In this document: positions 48,370 through 58,192 of the stretch, piece after piece
Position numbering within the stretch: position 1 is the first letter of the stretch
How the letters are laid out: each line of letters opens with the position of its first letter
Source: Dehalococcoidia bacterium
GTDB lineage: Bacteria; Chloroflexota; Dehalococcoidia; UBA6926
Assembly (NCBI GenBank): GCA_963666115.2
Contig: CAXXET010000007.1
Location: 128,001-192,000, forward strand
Direction: 5' to 3'
Length of the DNA stretch: 64,000 nucleotides
Notes under the pieces: model-generated
The model's database searches: none
Told to the model about the DNA's origin: nothing
Seen by the model: only the letters and a program-made list of their open reading frames with translations
Position numbers and translations under genes: made by a program

Positions 48370-48726
48370 ATGAGCATGTTTAGCGTCACGTTTCAGTTGG
48401 AAAGCGGGAACGGCGGGCAGCGCCGCGAGTTTCGGGGCACTGTCGACACCGGGTCCACGTACACGATGGTTCCTGCATCGATCCTGGAGCAGATCGGGAT
48501 TAGGCGGGCCAACAGCTACGTCTTTGAGTATGCGGACGGGCGTACTGAGCGTCAGGACACCGGTCCTGCTGTTGTCATCATTGACGACAACGAAGGAGGA
48601 ACGACGGTCACGTTCGGACCCGAGGACGCTGAGCCGATCCTTGGAGTTCACGCCCTCGAAGCTCTAGGCTTCGTCGTCGATCCGGTCAATGAGCGTCTGG
48701 CACACGTCAGCCGCCTGCGCATCTAG
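48370..48726 (+). CDS. Clan AA retropepsin-like aspartyl protease
   Basis: VDTGSTYT, YADGR, PILGVHALEALG..DPVNERL. Confidence 0.88.
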   Translation: MSMFSVTFQLESGNGGQRREFRGTVDTGSTYTMVPASILEQIGIRRANSYVFEYADGRTERQDTGPAVVIIDDNEGGTTVTFGPEDAEPILGVHALEALGFVVDPVNERLAHVSRLRI

Positions 48727-48747
48727 CACCGCCAGCCCCTACCAACC

Positions 48748-48773
48748 CGTGATTCCTGCGAACGCCGGAATCC
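48748..48773 (+). repeat. Degenerate ATTCC-N-GGAAT palindromic repeat
   Basis: CGTGATTCCTGCGAACGCCGGAATCC. Confidence 0.7.
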
Positions 48774-48850
48774 GTCCCCTCGCCCGCTAGTACCGCTCGG
48801 CATTGGGGTCGTCCACGTCAAGGTGTATCCAGGGGGAGCACAATCACAAA

Positions 48851-49267
48851 TCACACCAACTTGCAGTGAACAAGTGCCTCTCTCAGGGCAGAGGACGCCG
48901 GCGCGATATGATACGAACCCTTCTCCGTCCATGATGCTGAATTCAGCGCAGCGGGATTAGTTTCCGCGAAGATGGCAACCAATTCATCGTGTGCCACCAA
49001 GTACCAATCCGCACCAATTGGAAAGGCCATGTACAGGTTCTTGTCGAGATACTTACGGCCGATAGTCACACGAGCTTTCAATTGAACCTTTAGCGTCTCC
49101 TCACCGTCCTTGTGGTACGCTAGGAAGTCAGCACCCTGCCAGTCATCCGACAACTTGATGCAGTTATACCCGTAATCGGCTAGCTTGGCGGCTACCTTGT
49201 GGAAGTTGTATGCCTCTTTCTGTCGGGCGTTCAGACGCCCATAATCGACACGTCGCAATTCCGCCAT
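48851..49267 (-). CDS. Small PD-(D/E)xK-like nuclease
   Basis: QKEAYN..LADYGY..DDWQGADFLA..KVQLK. Confidence 0.6.
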   Translation of the reverse strand: MAELRRVDYGRLNARQKEAYNFHKVAAKLADYGYNCIKLSDDWQGADFLAYHKDGEETLKVQLKARVTIGRKYLDKNLYMAFPIGADWYLVAHDELVAIFAETNPAALNSASWTEKGSYHIAPASSALREALVHCKLV

Positions 49268-49320
49268 TTCCTCACTCCTTTCTCCGCAGGGCGATCTGAG
49301 ACACTATACCCTGAGAAAAG

Positions 49321-49689
49321 CTAAGGCTGATACAACCAGCCGCGTTGGTTTGCGTTTCGCGTGAGGGCGCTTGCGACCCTCTTGGTCTGCCCCGGGGAAA
49401 CGGGCGTGAAGTCAATGACTGCGTGTTCCGGTGAGTCCGGCGTGGGATCGGCGATGGCGGCAAGATCTTGATCGCGCACTTCGGCAACCGTCACTGCCAC
49501 AACTCCTTCGGACGAGTGGCCTTGGCTTGTGTAAGCTCTCCAGGCTTCATCGGGAGTGATGTGGTCCCCATCGTGAACTGATAAGCGGCCTTGATCTTTC
49601 CGTGTTGGCTTGAAGGCTTGAGACGTCGGACGCCCATTACTGATCCAGCTACGGCTAATTTGGCGTAGGAGGAGAGTTTCGGGTTCCAT
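49321..49689 (-). CDS. Hypothetical protein, possible RES/ART-like toxin
   Basis: LLRQI..SQAFKP..GRLSV..GVVAV..DP..PEHAVI. Confidence 0.5.
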   Translation of the reverse strand: MEPETLLLRQISRSWISNGRPTSQAFKPTRKDQGRLSVHDGDHITPDEAWRAYTSQGHSSEGVVAVTVAEVRDQDLAAIADPTPDSPEHAVIDFTPVSPGQTKRVASALTRNANQRGWLYQP

Positions 49690-49693
49690 CCGC

Positions 49694-50095
49694 CTAGTTC
49701 GCGTGATGGCGCAACTGATCGGCAACCCACTGCCAGTCTACAGGGTCATCCAGATTAACGACGCGCTCCTCTAGGAAGTCTGTGCTCAGATCGGTGCAAA
49801 ACCATTCCGCAGTGTGGGCGTCGATGTCAATCTCAAGACTGCTCTCAATATCACCAAGAGACCACTCTGCTTGAACGCCGCCCTCCGGTGTCGGGTACAG
49901 GTAGGGATGAGGCGCGTCATCAGGATAGAAACGCTCAAACTGCGCGGCGAGCCAATCAAGGCCGTCGTGGCTGGGAGCTTTCCCAAAACCGCTGCCCCAG
50001 TCACGGACGTTTTGCATGCCGTCCGCCCAACCGTCTTCCAGATCACGCAACTCCGCGAGCCGACGTTTGATGTCCAAGTGAACCGTGGCAACCAT
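49694..50095 (-). CDS. Hypothetical acidic protein, possible antitoxin partner
   Basis: RLAELRDLEDGW.DG..AP..YPTPEGGVQAEW; GGAGAGG RBS. Confidence 0.55.
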   Translation of the reverse strand: MVATVHLDIKRRLAELRDLEDGWADGMQNVRDWGSGFGKAPSHDGLDWLAAQFERFYPDDAPHPYLYPTPEGGVQAEWSLGDIESSLEIDIDAHTAEWFCTDLSTDFLEERVVNLDDPVDWQWVADQLRHHAN

Positions 50096-50203
50096 CAGCC
50101 TCTCCTACGGCAACAGATACACGCTGGTCAGTATACTCCCACAGTCTTGACTCGCAATCGCGGCGTCACGAAGCGCGGCGCGAAAACGCGCTTCGCCGCC
50201 CCG

Positions 50204-50866
50204 TTACTCGTCCAGTGTTCGAATATGCGCCACCAGCATCCACCGCTCTGCCGGTGACAGCAACTGGGCGAAGCCTGGCATGTTTGTCATGTTCTGCCAT
50301 GCGCCGTCATTCGATGTCCACGCCGGTGTTGGGAAATCGCCGTTGCCCCGGCTGATGATGCGGTACAGATCGCCCGCCGTTCGTGCCTGCGTATCGTCCT
50401 CCGTCAGGTTCTTCGGCACGTTCACGCCGGCCGCCTCAAACGCGATGGTGACCTGCAACAGCCCTTCGCCGTCCCCGGTCGCCCCGTGACACATCGCGCA
50501 ATTGCGCTGGAACAGGAAATTTCCGTACTCCAGCACCTCGGGAGTAACGACAATTGGATTGCCGTCAACGCCGTTGAGTTCCTCGTCCGGCATCAAGTCG
50601 AAGTGCTCAAGGCGCAGATCCGCATTCAACTGCTCTTCCGGCCCGCCACCGCTCTTGTACGCCACCGTGCCGGGCCGCAGCGACATGGACGGCCCCTCCT
50701 GCTTGCGAACCGCAGGCGAATAGTGCATTTCCTGGAAATAGTCCACCGGATAGGCGCCCGTCGAGCAGCCCGTCAGCGCGATAACGGCGACGGCGACCAG
50801 GGCAAGCGCCACCAGGCCCACTCGCCGTGCCGGCCAACTCAACGTCCTTTTTGCTGCTCTCTGCAT
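50204..50866 (-). CDS. actE: Alternative complex III monoheme cytochrome c lipoprotein ActE
   Basis: Lipobox LTGC, EMHYSP, CAMCHG, MPGF, ERW..V..IR.L. Confidence 0.85.
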   Translation of the reverse strand: MQRAAKRTLSWPARRVGLVALALVAVAVIALTGCSTGAYPVDYFQEMHYSPAVRKQEGPSMSLRPGTVAYKSGGGPEEQLNADLRLEHFDLMPDEELNGVDGNPIVVTPEVLEYGNFLFQRNCAMCHGATGDGEGLLQVTIAFEAAGVNVPKNLTEDDTQARTAGDLYRIISRGNGDFPTPAWTSNDGAWQNMTNMPGFAQLLSPAERWMLVAHIRTLDE

Positions 50867-50915
50867 TATTCTGCGCCTGTTCGCTGTGTCGTCTCTCTAA
50901 GTCGTTGTGCCGCCC

Positions 50916-51434
50916 CTACGACGGCTCGTTGATCACGTCCTCCGCGCCCCCGCTCCGGAGCGCCTGCTGCGCGTCCCCGATCTTCGACTCGTCCACCGTG
51001 ACAAGCAGGCCGATGTAGCCGAGCGTGATCCGCGCGTCGTACAGCGGGCCTACGCCGCCGGGGCGCGGCAGCCGGCTCTCGAAGATAACCCCGATGACCG
51101 TGAAGATCATCGCGACCAGCAGCGTGAACTCGTACATGATGATCATGCTTGCCGGAATCGCGAGGATGGGCTTGCCTCCCGTCACAAGCGGGAACGCCGT
51201 CTGCGTTGCAAAAACGAAGAGGAACGCGGTGATGAACCCAATAAACGCCCCGAACAGGGAGAATCGGAAGAGCTTGTTCTTCTTGATATGCTCCCCGAAC
51301 GCGCCCTCCGGGTACGGGTTGCCGGTCATCACCTCGTAATCGTCGCTGGTGAAACCGGCCCCGCGCAGGTTGCGCGCCCCCTCCGCCGCGGAGTCCGCGT
51401 CGCTGTACAGGCCAAGAACACTCTGGTTCGCCAT
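50916..51434 (-). CDS. actD: Alternative complex III ActD (DUF3341)
   Basis: PYP, PLVTGGKP, YEFTLL; two TM helices. Confidence 0.85.
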   Translation of the reverse strand: MANQSVLGLYSDADSAAEGARNLRGAGFTSDDYEVMTGNPYPEGAFGEHIKKNKLFRFSLFGAFIGFITAFLFVFATQTAFPLVTGGKPILAIPASMIIMYEFTLLVAMIFTVIGVIFESRLPRPGGVGPLYDARITLGYIGLLVTVDESKIGDAQQALRSGGAEDVINEPS

Positions 51435-51457
51435 TTCCTTCGCTCCCACTGTGCGGG

Positions 51458-52849
51458 CTACCAGGCCCGCGGCTCCTCTGATTCCCGTACGATGGCGGGC
51501 ACCGTCACCTCACCGATTTGCACCTCGGATCGGAAGACCTGCCCCTCCTTCTGTTCCCACGCCGGCACTAATGGCACCAGCTTGGCGAATATGATGAGCA
51601 GCATCGCCACCATCCCGAACGACGCAAGAACGATCACGCTCTCCGTCAGGCTCGGGACATAGTTCGCCCATAAGAACGTCAACTCCTGTTTCCGTTCGAT
51701 GGCCGGGATGATGAGGAAGAACCTCTCCAACCACATGCCGATGTTGACCAGGATCGACGTCCAGAACATCAACGCGATGTTCCGGCGGACCTTCCGGTTC
51801 AACCATAACGGTATCGGTATCACGTATGAGGTCAGCACCATGATGATCGTGATGGCGTTGAACGGCCACTCCAGCAGCCGTCGCTCCATCACCGCGACCT
51901 CCTGCTCCTCCCGCGTGTAGAAGGAGAAGGCGAAGTCCAGGAAGAAGAAGAACAGCCACGCCGTCGCGATGAAGATCAGCAGACGGCCAACCGCGTCGAA
52001 ATGATCCTCCCAGATGAAGTTTTCAAGCTTGAATATCCAGCGCATGAACGCCATCAGCGTCAGCACCATCGACACGCCGGAATGCACCGCGCCGATGACG
52101 AAGTACGGCGCGTAGACCGTCACGTGCCACGCCGGCACCACGGACGCGGCGAAGTCCCATGACACGATGCTGTGGACGGACACGAACACCGGGAGGATCA
52201 GCGCGGACATCAGGATGCCGAAGATGCCCTGAAGCTGCCACTGCCGCGGCGTGCCGCGCCAGCCCATCGCCAGCATTCCGTAGATCGTCCGCCGCATCCC
52301 CGTGCTCTGGTCGCGGATGATCGCGAAGTCGGGAATCAGCGCCGTGAACACGAACAGGATGCTGCCCGTCAGGTACGTCGTGATGGCGACCGGGTCCCAC
52401 ACCAGCGGCGAGCGAACGTCCGGCCACACGCCCCGCGTAAAGTCGTACGGCAGCAGCCAGTAGATGATGCGCCACGGACGCCCCGCGTGAATCACAGGGT
52501 GAATAAGCGATGTGACGAGCGCGAAGACCGTCATCACCTCCGCCGCGCGCGTGATTGGGCGTTTCCATTCCGCCTGCGTCAACCGCAGGATGGATGAGAT
52601 CATCGTTCCGGCGTGGCTCACGCCGATCCAGAACACGAAGTTGACGATGAAGAATCCCCAGAACGCCGGACGCTGTAGGCCCGTGATCCACAGTCCCTGC
52701 CAGATCAAAATCGTGACGGCGACCGCCCCCGCCATAACGAGGATGAACGGCGGCAGGAAGGCCAGCACGTGCCGCCTCCGCAGTTCGAAAACCGGCCAGA
52801 GCAACTCGTCGTTGATCTGGCTGGCCGTCAGGACCGGTCGATCTCGCAT
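51458..52849 (-). CDS. actC: Alternative complex III NrfD-family quinol-binding subunit ActC
   Basis: NFVFWIGVSHAGTMISSIL, RAAEVMT, HAGRPW, SPLVWD, VSVHSIVSWDFA, GMWLERF. Confidence 0.92.
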   Translation of the reverse strand: MRDRPVLTASQINDELLWPVFELRRRHVLAFLPPFILVMAGAVAVTILIWQGLWITGLQRPAFWGFFIVNFVFWIGVSHAGTMISSILRLTQAEWKRPITRAAEVMTVFALVTSLIHPVIHAGRPWRIIYWLLPYDFTRGVWPDVRSPLVWDPVAITTYLTGSILFVFTALIPDFAIIRDQSTGMRRTIYGMLAMGWRGTPRQWQLQGIFGILMSALILPVFVSVHSIVSWDFAASVVPAWHVTVYAPYFVIGAVHSGVSMVLTLMAFMRWIFKLENFIWEDHFDAVGRLLIFIATAWLFFFFLDFAFSFYTREEQEVAVMERRLLEWPFNAITIIMVLTSYVIPIPLWLNRKVRRNIALMFWTSILVNIGMWLERFFLIIPAIERKQELTFLWANYVPSLTESVIVLASFGMVAMLLIIFAKLVPLVPAWEQKEGQVFRSEVQIGEVTVPAIVRESEEPRAW

Positions 52850-52864
52850 TACCTCGTCTCTCCG

Positions 52865-54268
52865 CTAGTCCGGCTTCGCCACAACATGCGCGTGTCCAAC
52901 ACCGAATGGCCTCACCACGCGCAGCAGCAGCGCTTCCCGCGTCTCCCAGAGGGACACGAACGGCGCAACCCGCGAGGCCAACAGGATCATTAGGGCAACC
53001 GCGGACAACATTCCGGCAAACACCAGGATTTCAAGAATGCCCGGGTAGCCGATGTTGTGCGGAATCTCGTGCAGCTCGTGGCCGCCGACTTGCTCGATTG
53101 ACCACGTATTCACGTAGATGCGGAGCCTGTCAAAGAAGTTGCCGATGATGATGATCACGCCCACCACGGCCGGCCCGAGAATACTTCGCCGCACCGGGTT
53201 CCACATGATCAGCAGGAATGCCGTGATGAACGACAGCCCGATGGCGCCCACGAACATCCAGAGCTGTGGACGCGCCAGTAAGTTTTCAACCGCCGGGTCT
53301 CCGAACGCCAGGAGCGCGAGAATCTGCTGCTCATGCGGCAAGCGTCCGTACCAGAACAGGATGAATCCGCTCCAGAAGAAATAGAACCAGAACAGCGTCA
53401 ACGCCAGCAACAGCCGCCCGTACGCCCAGAACTGCTCAAGCTCGAAATAGCGCGCCAGACCGCCCCACTTGCGCAGCGCGTACTGCACGACGATGAACAG
53501 TCCGAGTCCCATCTGCAGGCCGGTCACGGCGTGGAACGCGGGGAAGATCGGATCCTTCCAGCCCGGCGTCAGCACCATCGCGTAATCCGTCGCGAACACC
53601 ATGTGCGTTGTGGCATACGCGGCGATGTACATCGCGCCGAGGATGCCCAGCGCCGACTTGTGCATCGCCCACTGCTGAGCCGTGCCGATCCACCCGTAGG
53701 CGAGCGATGACGCGATGCCGCGCGTGCGCCCGCTGCCATGATCGCGCACAGCCGCCAGATCCGGCAGCACGGAGACGTACAGGAATATCAGCCCGATGCA
53801 GACGAACGTAGTCAGCATCAGCAGGTCCGGGAACCACGGGGCCAGCCGCCAGTCCATCCACAGACTGTTGCGCCCCTCCAGGCCCGGGTGCGCGGCCATG
53901 ATCGGCAGGTAGAACACCAACATGACGGGGCCGGCGAGCGCAAACAGCTCTGCCGCCCTGCTCGTGGGGCGGCGCCACTGCGCCCGGGCGAACCGCAGGC
54001 CAATGGCCGCCATCGGGATGCCCATCACCAGCGAGAACACGTAGAAATATGCGACGGCGTAGTACTTCCACCGCGTATGGTCGTCCAGGCCGCCGAGCAT
54101 CATGAGGATCGCAGCCGCAACCCCCAGGGTTGTGATCGCGGCGAGAATCCACATCGCGCGGCGCATGCGCGGGCCGGTCTCCCGCGCGTCGTGGATGAGC
54201 TCTTGTGTCAGCTCGTCCTGTGTCGCGGGAGGCCCGGGCGCCTCATGACCGTTGTGGGTGTTCTGCAT
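52865..54268 (-). CDS. Second NrfD-like membrane subunit (ActF-like)
   Basis: WRRPTSRAAE, DLA..RD, PGW....P, FWFYFFWS..LFWYG; ActC paralog lacking the ActC HxGRPW motif. Confidence 0.75.
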   Translation of the reverse strand: MQNTHNGHEAPGPPATQDELTQELIHDARETGPRMRRAMWILAAITTLGVAAAILMMLGGLDDHTRWKYYAVAYFYVFSLVMGIPMAAIGLRFARAQWRRPTSRAAELFALAGPVMLVFYLPIMAAHPGLEGRNSLWMDWRLAPWFPDLLMLTTFVCIGLIFLYVSVLPDLAAVRDHGSGRTRGIASSLAYGWIGTAQQWAMHKSALGILGAMYIAAYATTHMVFATDYAMVLTPGWKDPIFPAFHAVTGLQMGLGLFIVVQYALRKWGGLARYFELEQFWAYGRLLLALTLFWFYFFWSGFILFWYGRLPHEQQILALLAFGDPAVENLLARPQLWMFVGAIGLSFITAFLLIMWNPVRRSILGPAVVGVIIIIGNFFDRLRIYVNTWSIEQVGGHELHEIPHNIGYPGILEILVFAGMLSAVALMILLASRVAPFVSLWETREALLLRVVRPFGVGHAHVVAKPD

Positions 54269-54277
54269 CCTCTTCCC

Positions 54278-55015
54278 TCAGTGGGCCGCTTCCGCCATCT
54301 CGTCCGAACCCGCCTTTGACGTGGCGACGCCCTTGAGATAGCGAACGTTCGGCTCCGTCCCGATGGCCCCCTGCAGCGTGTACGCCCTCGCTTCGTCCGC
54401 AAATTTCTGCGAAACGCGGCTATTCGGATCATTCAAATTCCCAAACGTAAGCGCGTCCGTCGGGCACGCCTGCTCGCACGCCGTCATGAAGTGATCCGGC
54501 GCGCTCGTCCCCGTGCGCTTCGCGATGCGAACCGCCGCGTTGATGCGCTGGATGCAGAAGGTGCACTTCTCCATGATTCCGCGCTCGCGCACGGTCACGT
54601 CCGGATTCAGGTAGTTGTGGAACGTCGCCGGCCACGTCGGGCGGCGATAGTTGAAGAAACGGGCATGGTACGGGCAGTTGTTGGCGCAGTAGCGGGTGCC
54701 GACGCAGCGGTTGTACACCTGCACGTTGAGGCCGGCGGGATTGTGGTACGTCGCGTAGACGGGGCACACAGGCTCGCACGGCGCGTTTCCGCAATGCTGG
54801 CAGAGCACCGGCAGGAAGTAGGCGTGGACATTCGGATACTCGCCCTCCCAGTAGCGCTCGATGCGAATCCAGGCAATTGCACGCCGCTCCGTAAAGTCGC
54901 GCTCCAGGTTGATGGGAAGGTTGTTCTCAGCAGCGCAGGCGATCACACACGCCTGGCAACCCGTGCAGGCGTCGATATCGACCGCCATGCCCCACTTGTA
55001 GTCTGACATTGTCAT
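54278..55015 (-). CDS. ACIII iron-sulfur subunit (ActB2)
   Basis: CTGCQACVIAC, CQHCGNAPCEPVCP, CVGTRYCANNCPY, EKCTFC..ACEQACP. Confidence 0.92.
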   Translation of the reverse strand: MTMSDYKWGMAVDIDACTGCQACVIACAAENNLPINLERDFTERRAIAWIRIERYWEGEYPNVHAYFLPVLCQHCGNAPCEPVCPVYATYHNPAGLNVQVYNRCVGTRYCANNCPYHARFFNYRRPTWPATFHNYLNPDVTVRERGIMEKCTFCIQRINAAVRIAKRTGTSAPDHFMTACEQACPTDALTFGNLNDPNSRVSQKFADEARAYTLQGAIGTEPNVRYLKGVATSKAGSDEMAEAAH

Positions 55016-55042
55016 CGCGCTATTCTCCGTCGCCCTTCCTGC

Positions 55043-57295
55043 TTAGGTGTACTCCAACTGAATGATATGCGTGCCCTCGAGTTGTTGTCCCGTAAAGCCG
55101 CCCTCCATGCGCGCCATGCGCATGCGGCGGCCGAGCGGCCGGATTGTGACTGTTGTCGCGCCCCAGGCCTGGGAGCCCGTGCCCTTGACTTCAATATCTT
55201 CGAGCACCGTATTCACGTTGCCGTCTGGGTTGTCAGCGTAACGCCCTGAGAATGACCTGCCGCGTCCGAACGGAACGGCAACCACGTTGGGCGGAATGCC
55301 GGGATGGAGATACACCGGAACCTCGACCGCGCCGCTGGCGGATTCCAGGGCAACCAGATCACCGTCACGCAAGCCCAGGCGCGCAGCCTCTCGATTATTC
55401 ACTTCCACCCAACTGTGCCACACCATCGACGTGACGGGGTCGGGAGCGGATTGGATCCAGGGCAGGTGTCCGCTGCTGCCGTCGCCGACGGTGGCGCTGG
55501 CGAACGGAATCAGGTGATAGCGGTCTGTATGCTCGGCTACACGCTCCGGCATGGCGGCCAGGGCAGGGCTCAGGTCAAATGACGGTCGTTCCCAGATCGT
55601 TACGCCGCGGCCGGCGATGTTCCACCAGCCGCCGCGCTGCAGCACGCCCGTCGTAAATGCTGCCAGCGTCGAACCCTGCACGGAACCCCGGCCGCGATTC
55701 ATGGCGTGCAGGTCCGCCAACGCATTCAGCACCACCTGCTCCATGCTGTCGCCGCGCGTCTTCCGGTTCATACCGCGACTCCGCATTAGTGAGATCAACA
55801 CGTCGCCCATCGCTCGAGAGTCGTACACGGCGCGCCGCGAACTGTCCAGGAGGGGCGCGGCAACCGGCTGTTGCACTGTGAGCACCTCATAGCCCGGACC
55901 GGGATTGGGCACATCCGTCCCCCAGGATTCCAGGTAATGCTGATCGGGAAGGATGAGGTCGGCCATTGCCGTCGTCTCGTTCGGTTCGGACGAGAAACTG
56001 ACGACGTTTCGAGCGCGGCTCAGGGCCTGCCCAAACTTGAGGCTGGCCAGCGCATGAACGGGATTCGCTCCATCGACAAGCACAAGGTCAATATCGCCGC
56101 GATCAAGCCGGTCGCGAACCGCCCGCCACTCAGAATATGTCGTCGGACTCGGCAGTCCCTGGAGTTCCGGCAACGACGGCCCTGTATTGAATTGCACGCC
56201 GCCCCGCCGGCCGACACTGCCAAGAACACCATTGAGGATCATGCCTGCTTTGGCGTTGAAAAGGCCGTTCGTTTGGGCTGCGGCGGAACTTCCGACCAGC
56301 ACGACCGTTGGGCCGTGCGCTGCGAGGCCGTGCGCGATGTCCGTGATCTTTTCGCCAGTCAACACGCCGGGCGTTGCGCCCAGTTGATCCGCAATCACGT
56401 CGGGGCGATACGGGGCAAGCGCCACCACGCCCTGGCCATTCGTCATGGCATTGACGGTGGCCTCATCGGCAAGTCCCTCATGGGCGAGAACGTACGCAAT
56501 GCTAAGAGCCAGGATGCCCTCGCGTCCAGGCGCAATAGGCAGCCACGTGTCCGCGTTCGCGGCGGTCATGGAAAAGCGGGGGCTTGCATGGACGTGCGTC
56601 CCCCGGCTCCTGCCCTCTCCACGGCGGAAGTGGCCGTAGGCCTTGTTGTAGTGAACCGGCGCAAGCCATGACTCAAGGAAATCGGCTCCAATTGAGAGCA
56701 CGGAACCGGCATTCGCAATGTCAAAGAAGGGGAGCCTGTCCTGGCCGAACACATCTTTGGCAGCCTGCCGGATGGCGGCGTTTTCAAGCGGCTCCAACTC
56801 CAGGTGCTGGATGCCGGAACCCTCCGCGAATTCGTGGGTCACCGCCCCGAGATGGCCCCGGTTTGGGCGCGTGATCAGGAGGGTGCGAGACGCATTCGCC
56901 TCGTTCAGCAGGGCATCGAGGCGGGCAAGTCCGCCGGCCCACGTCGTCTGCCGACCACTCTCCATGGGGCCGCTGAACCTGTCAGGATGGTAAAGCGATT
57001 GCACGCCGGCCAGGCAGCCGGCCAACAGTCCGCCCCGATTGAGCGGATGATCCGGGTTGCCCTCGATCTTCTTGGCCCGGCCTTCTGCGACACGCACGAG
57101 GATGCCGCAGCCTTCGTTGCAGCACGTGCACGACGTGGCGTACATGTCCTCAAGTCCCTGGGCGAGGTCCTCAGGCAGATCGCGCGGGCTCTGCTTGATG
57201 AGTTCCCGCTCGGGAATGGCGCAACCCGCAAAGAGGACACCGGCCACTGAAGTGGCTCCGGCTACCCTCAGAAAGTCCCGCCTTGTCAGGTCCAT
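55043..57295 (-). CDS. ACIII molybdopterin-oxidoreductase-like subunit (ActB1), Tat lipoprotein
   Basis: TRRDFLR followed by LFAGC; CTCCNEGC; KIEGNPDHPLNRG; ADLILP..LESWG. Confidence 0.88.
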   Translation of the reverse strand: MDLTRRDFLRVAGATSVAGVLFAGCAIPERELIKQSPRDLPEDLAQGLEDMYATSCTCCNEGCGILVRVAEGRAKKIEGNPDHPLNRGGLLAGCLAGVQSLYHPDRFSGPMESGRQTTWAGGLARLDALLNEANASRTLLITRPNRGHLGAVTHEFAEGSGIQHLELEPLENAAIRQAAKDVFGQDRLPFFDIANAGSVLSIGADFLESWLAPVHYNKAYGHFRRGEGRSRGTHVHASPRFSMTAANADTWLPIAPGREGILALSIAYVLAHEGLADEATVNAMTNGQGVVALAPYRPDVIADQLGATPGVLTGEKITDIAHGLAAHGPTVVLVGSSAAAQTNGLFNAKAGMILNGVLGSVGRRGGVQFNTGPSLPELQGLPSPTTYSEWRAVRDRLDRGDIDLVLVDGANPVHALASLKFGQALSRARNVVSFSSEPNETTAMADLILPDQHYLESWGTDVPNPGPGYEVLTVQQPVAAPLLDSSRRAVYDSRAMGDVLISLMRSRGMNRKTRGDSMEQVVLNALADLHAMNRGRGSVQGSTLAAFTTGVLQRGGWWNIAGRGVTIWERPSFDLSPALAAMPERVAEHTDRYHLIPFASATVGDGSSGHLPWIQSAPDPVTSMVWHSWVEVNNREAARLGLRDGDLVALESASGAVEVPVYLHPGIPPNVVAVPFGRGRSFSGRYADNPDGNVNTVLEDIEVKGTGSQAWGATTVTIRPLGRRMRMARMEGGFTGQQLEGTHIIQLEYT

Positions 57296-57330
57296 CTCGC
57301 CTTATCCGTCCGTTTCTCTCGTCAGTTCCC

Positions 57331-57873
57331 TCAAGAGTGACACGTGGAGCACGTGGTCGGCGCGCTGTTTTCCTTGTGGCAGCCGACGCAGTCTCCCATC
57401 TTGAGAATCCTTACCTGTTCAACCTGTCTCATGCTTCCCACGTCGCCGTGACATTCGGAACACTCAAACCCGGCCGTAATGTGGGGCTCATGTCGAAATT
57501 GCGTGTGGTCGGGGAGTCGATGCTGGCGCACCCAATTGAGGGGCTCCCCGGATTCCCACGCGGCGCGCAACGGCTCAAGATTGGGATTGTTGGTCGCGAC
57601 GGTCTTGTGGCAGAACATGCACTGTTCCACCGACGGCACAGTCGCCGTTCGCGACGTGTCTGCTGCCCGGTGGCAAAACTCGCATTCGATGGCAAGGGAG
57701 TTCACGTGCTGGTCATGGGGGAACTCCATTTCGTTCTCCGGCACGGAATAGACGGCGCCAAGCGCGGCGGTTCCGCCGGAAAACGCGATGATTCCGACAA
57801 CGATCAGGGCAAGGGGGATTGCAATGAGCACTCCGATTAGACGGAGTGGCAGGGCCCCTACTCGCTGTCGCAT
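57331..57873 (-). CDS. actA: ACIII pentaheme cytochrome c ActA
   Basis: One TM helix and five CxxCH motifs (CEFCH, CMFCH, CSECH, CVGCH, CSTCH). Confidence 0.9.
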   Translation of the reverse strand: MRQRVGALPLRLIGVLIAIPLALIVVGIIAFSGGTAALGAVYSVPENEMEFPHDQHVNSLAIECEFCHRAADTSRTATVPSVEQCMFCHKTVATNNPNLEPLRAAWESGEPLNWVRQHRLPDHTQFRHEPHITAGFECSECHGDVGSMRQVEQVRILKMGDCVGCHKENSAPTTCSTCHS

Positions 57874-57892
57874 CTGAACGAACGCCCCGTTC

Positions 57893-58192
<300 letters not shown>

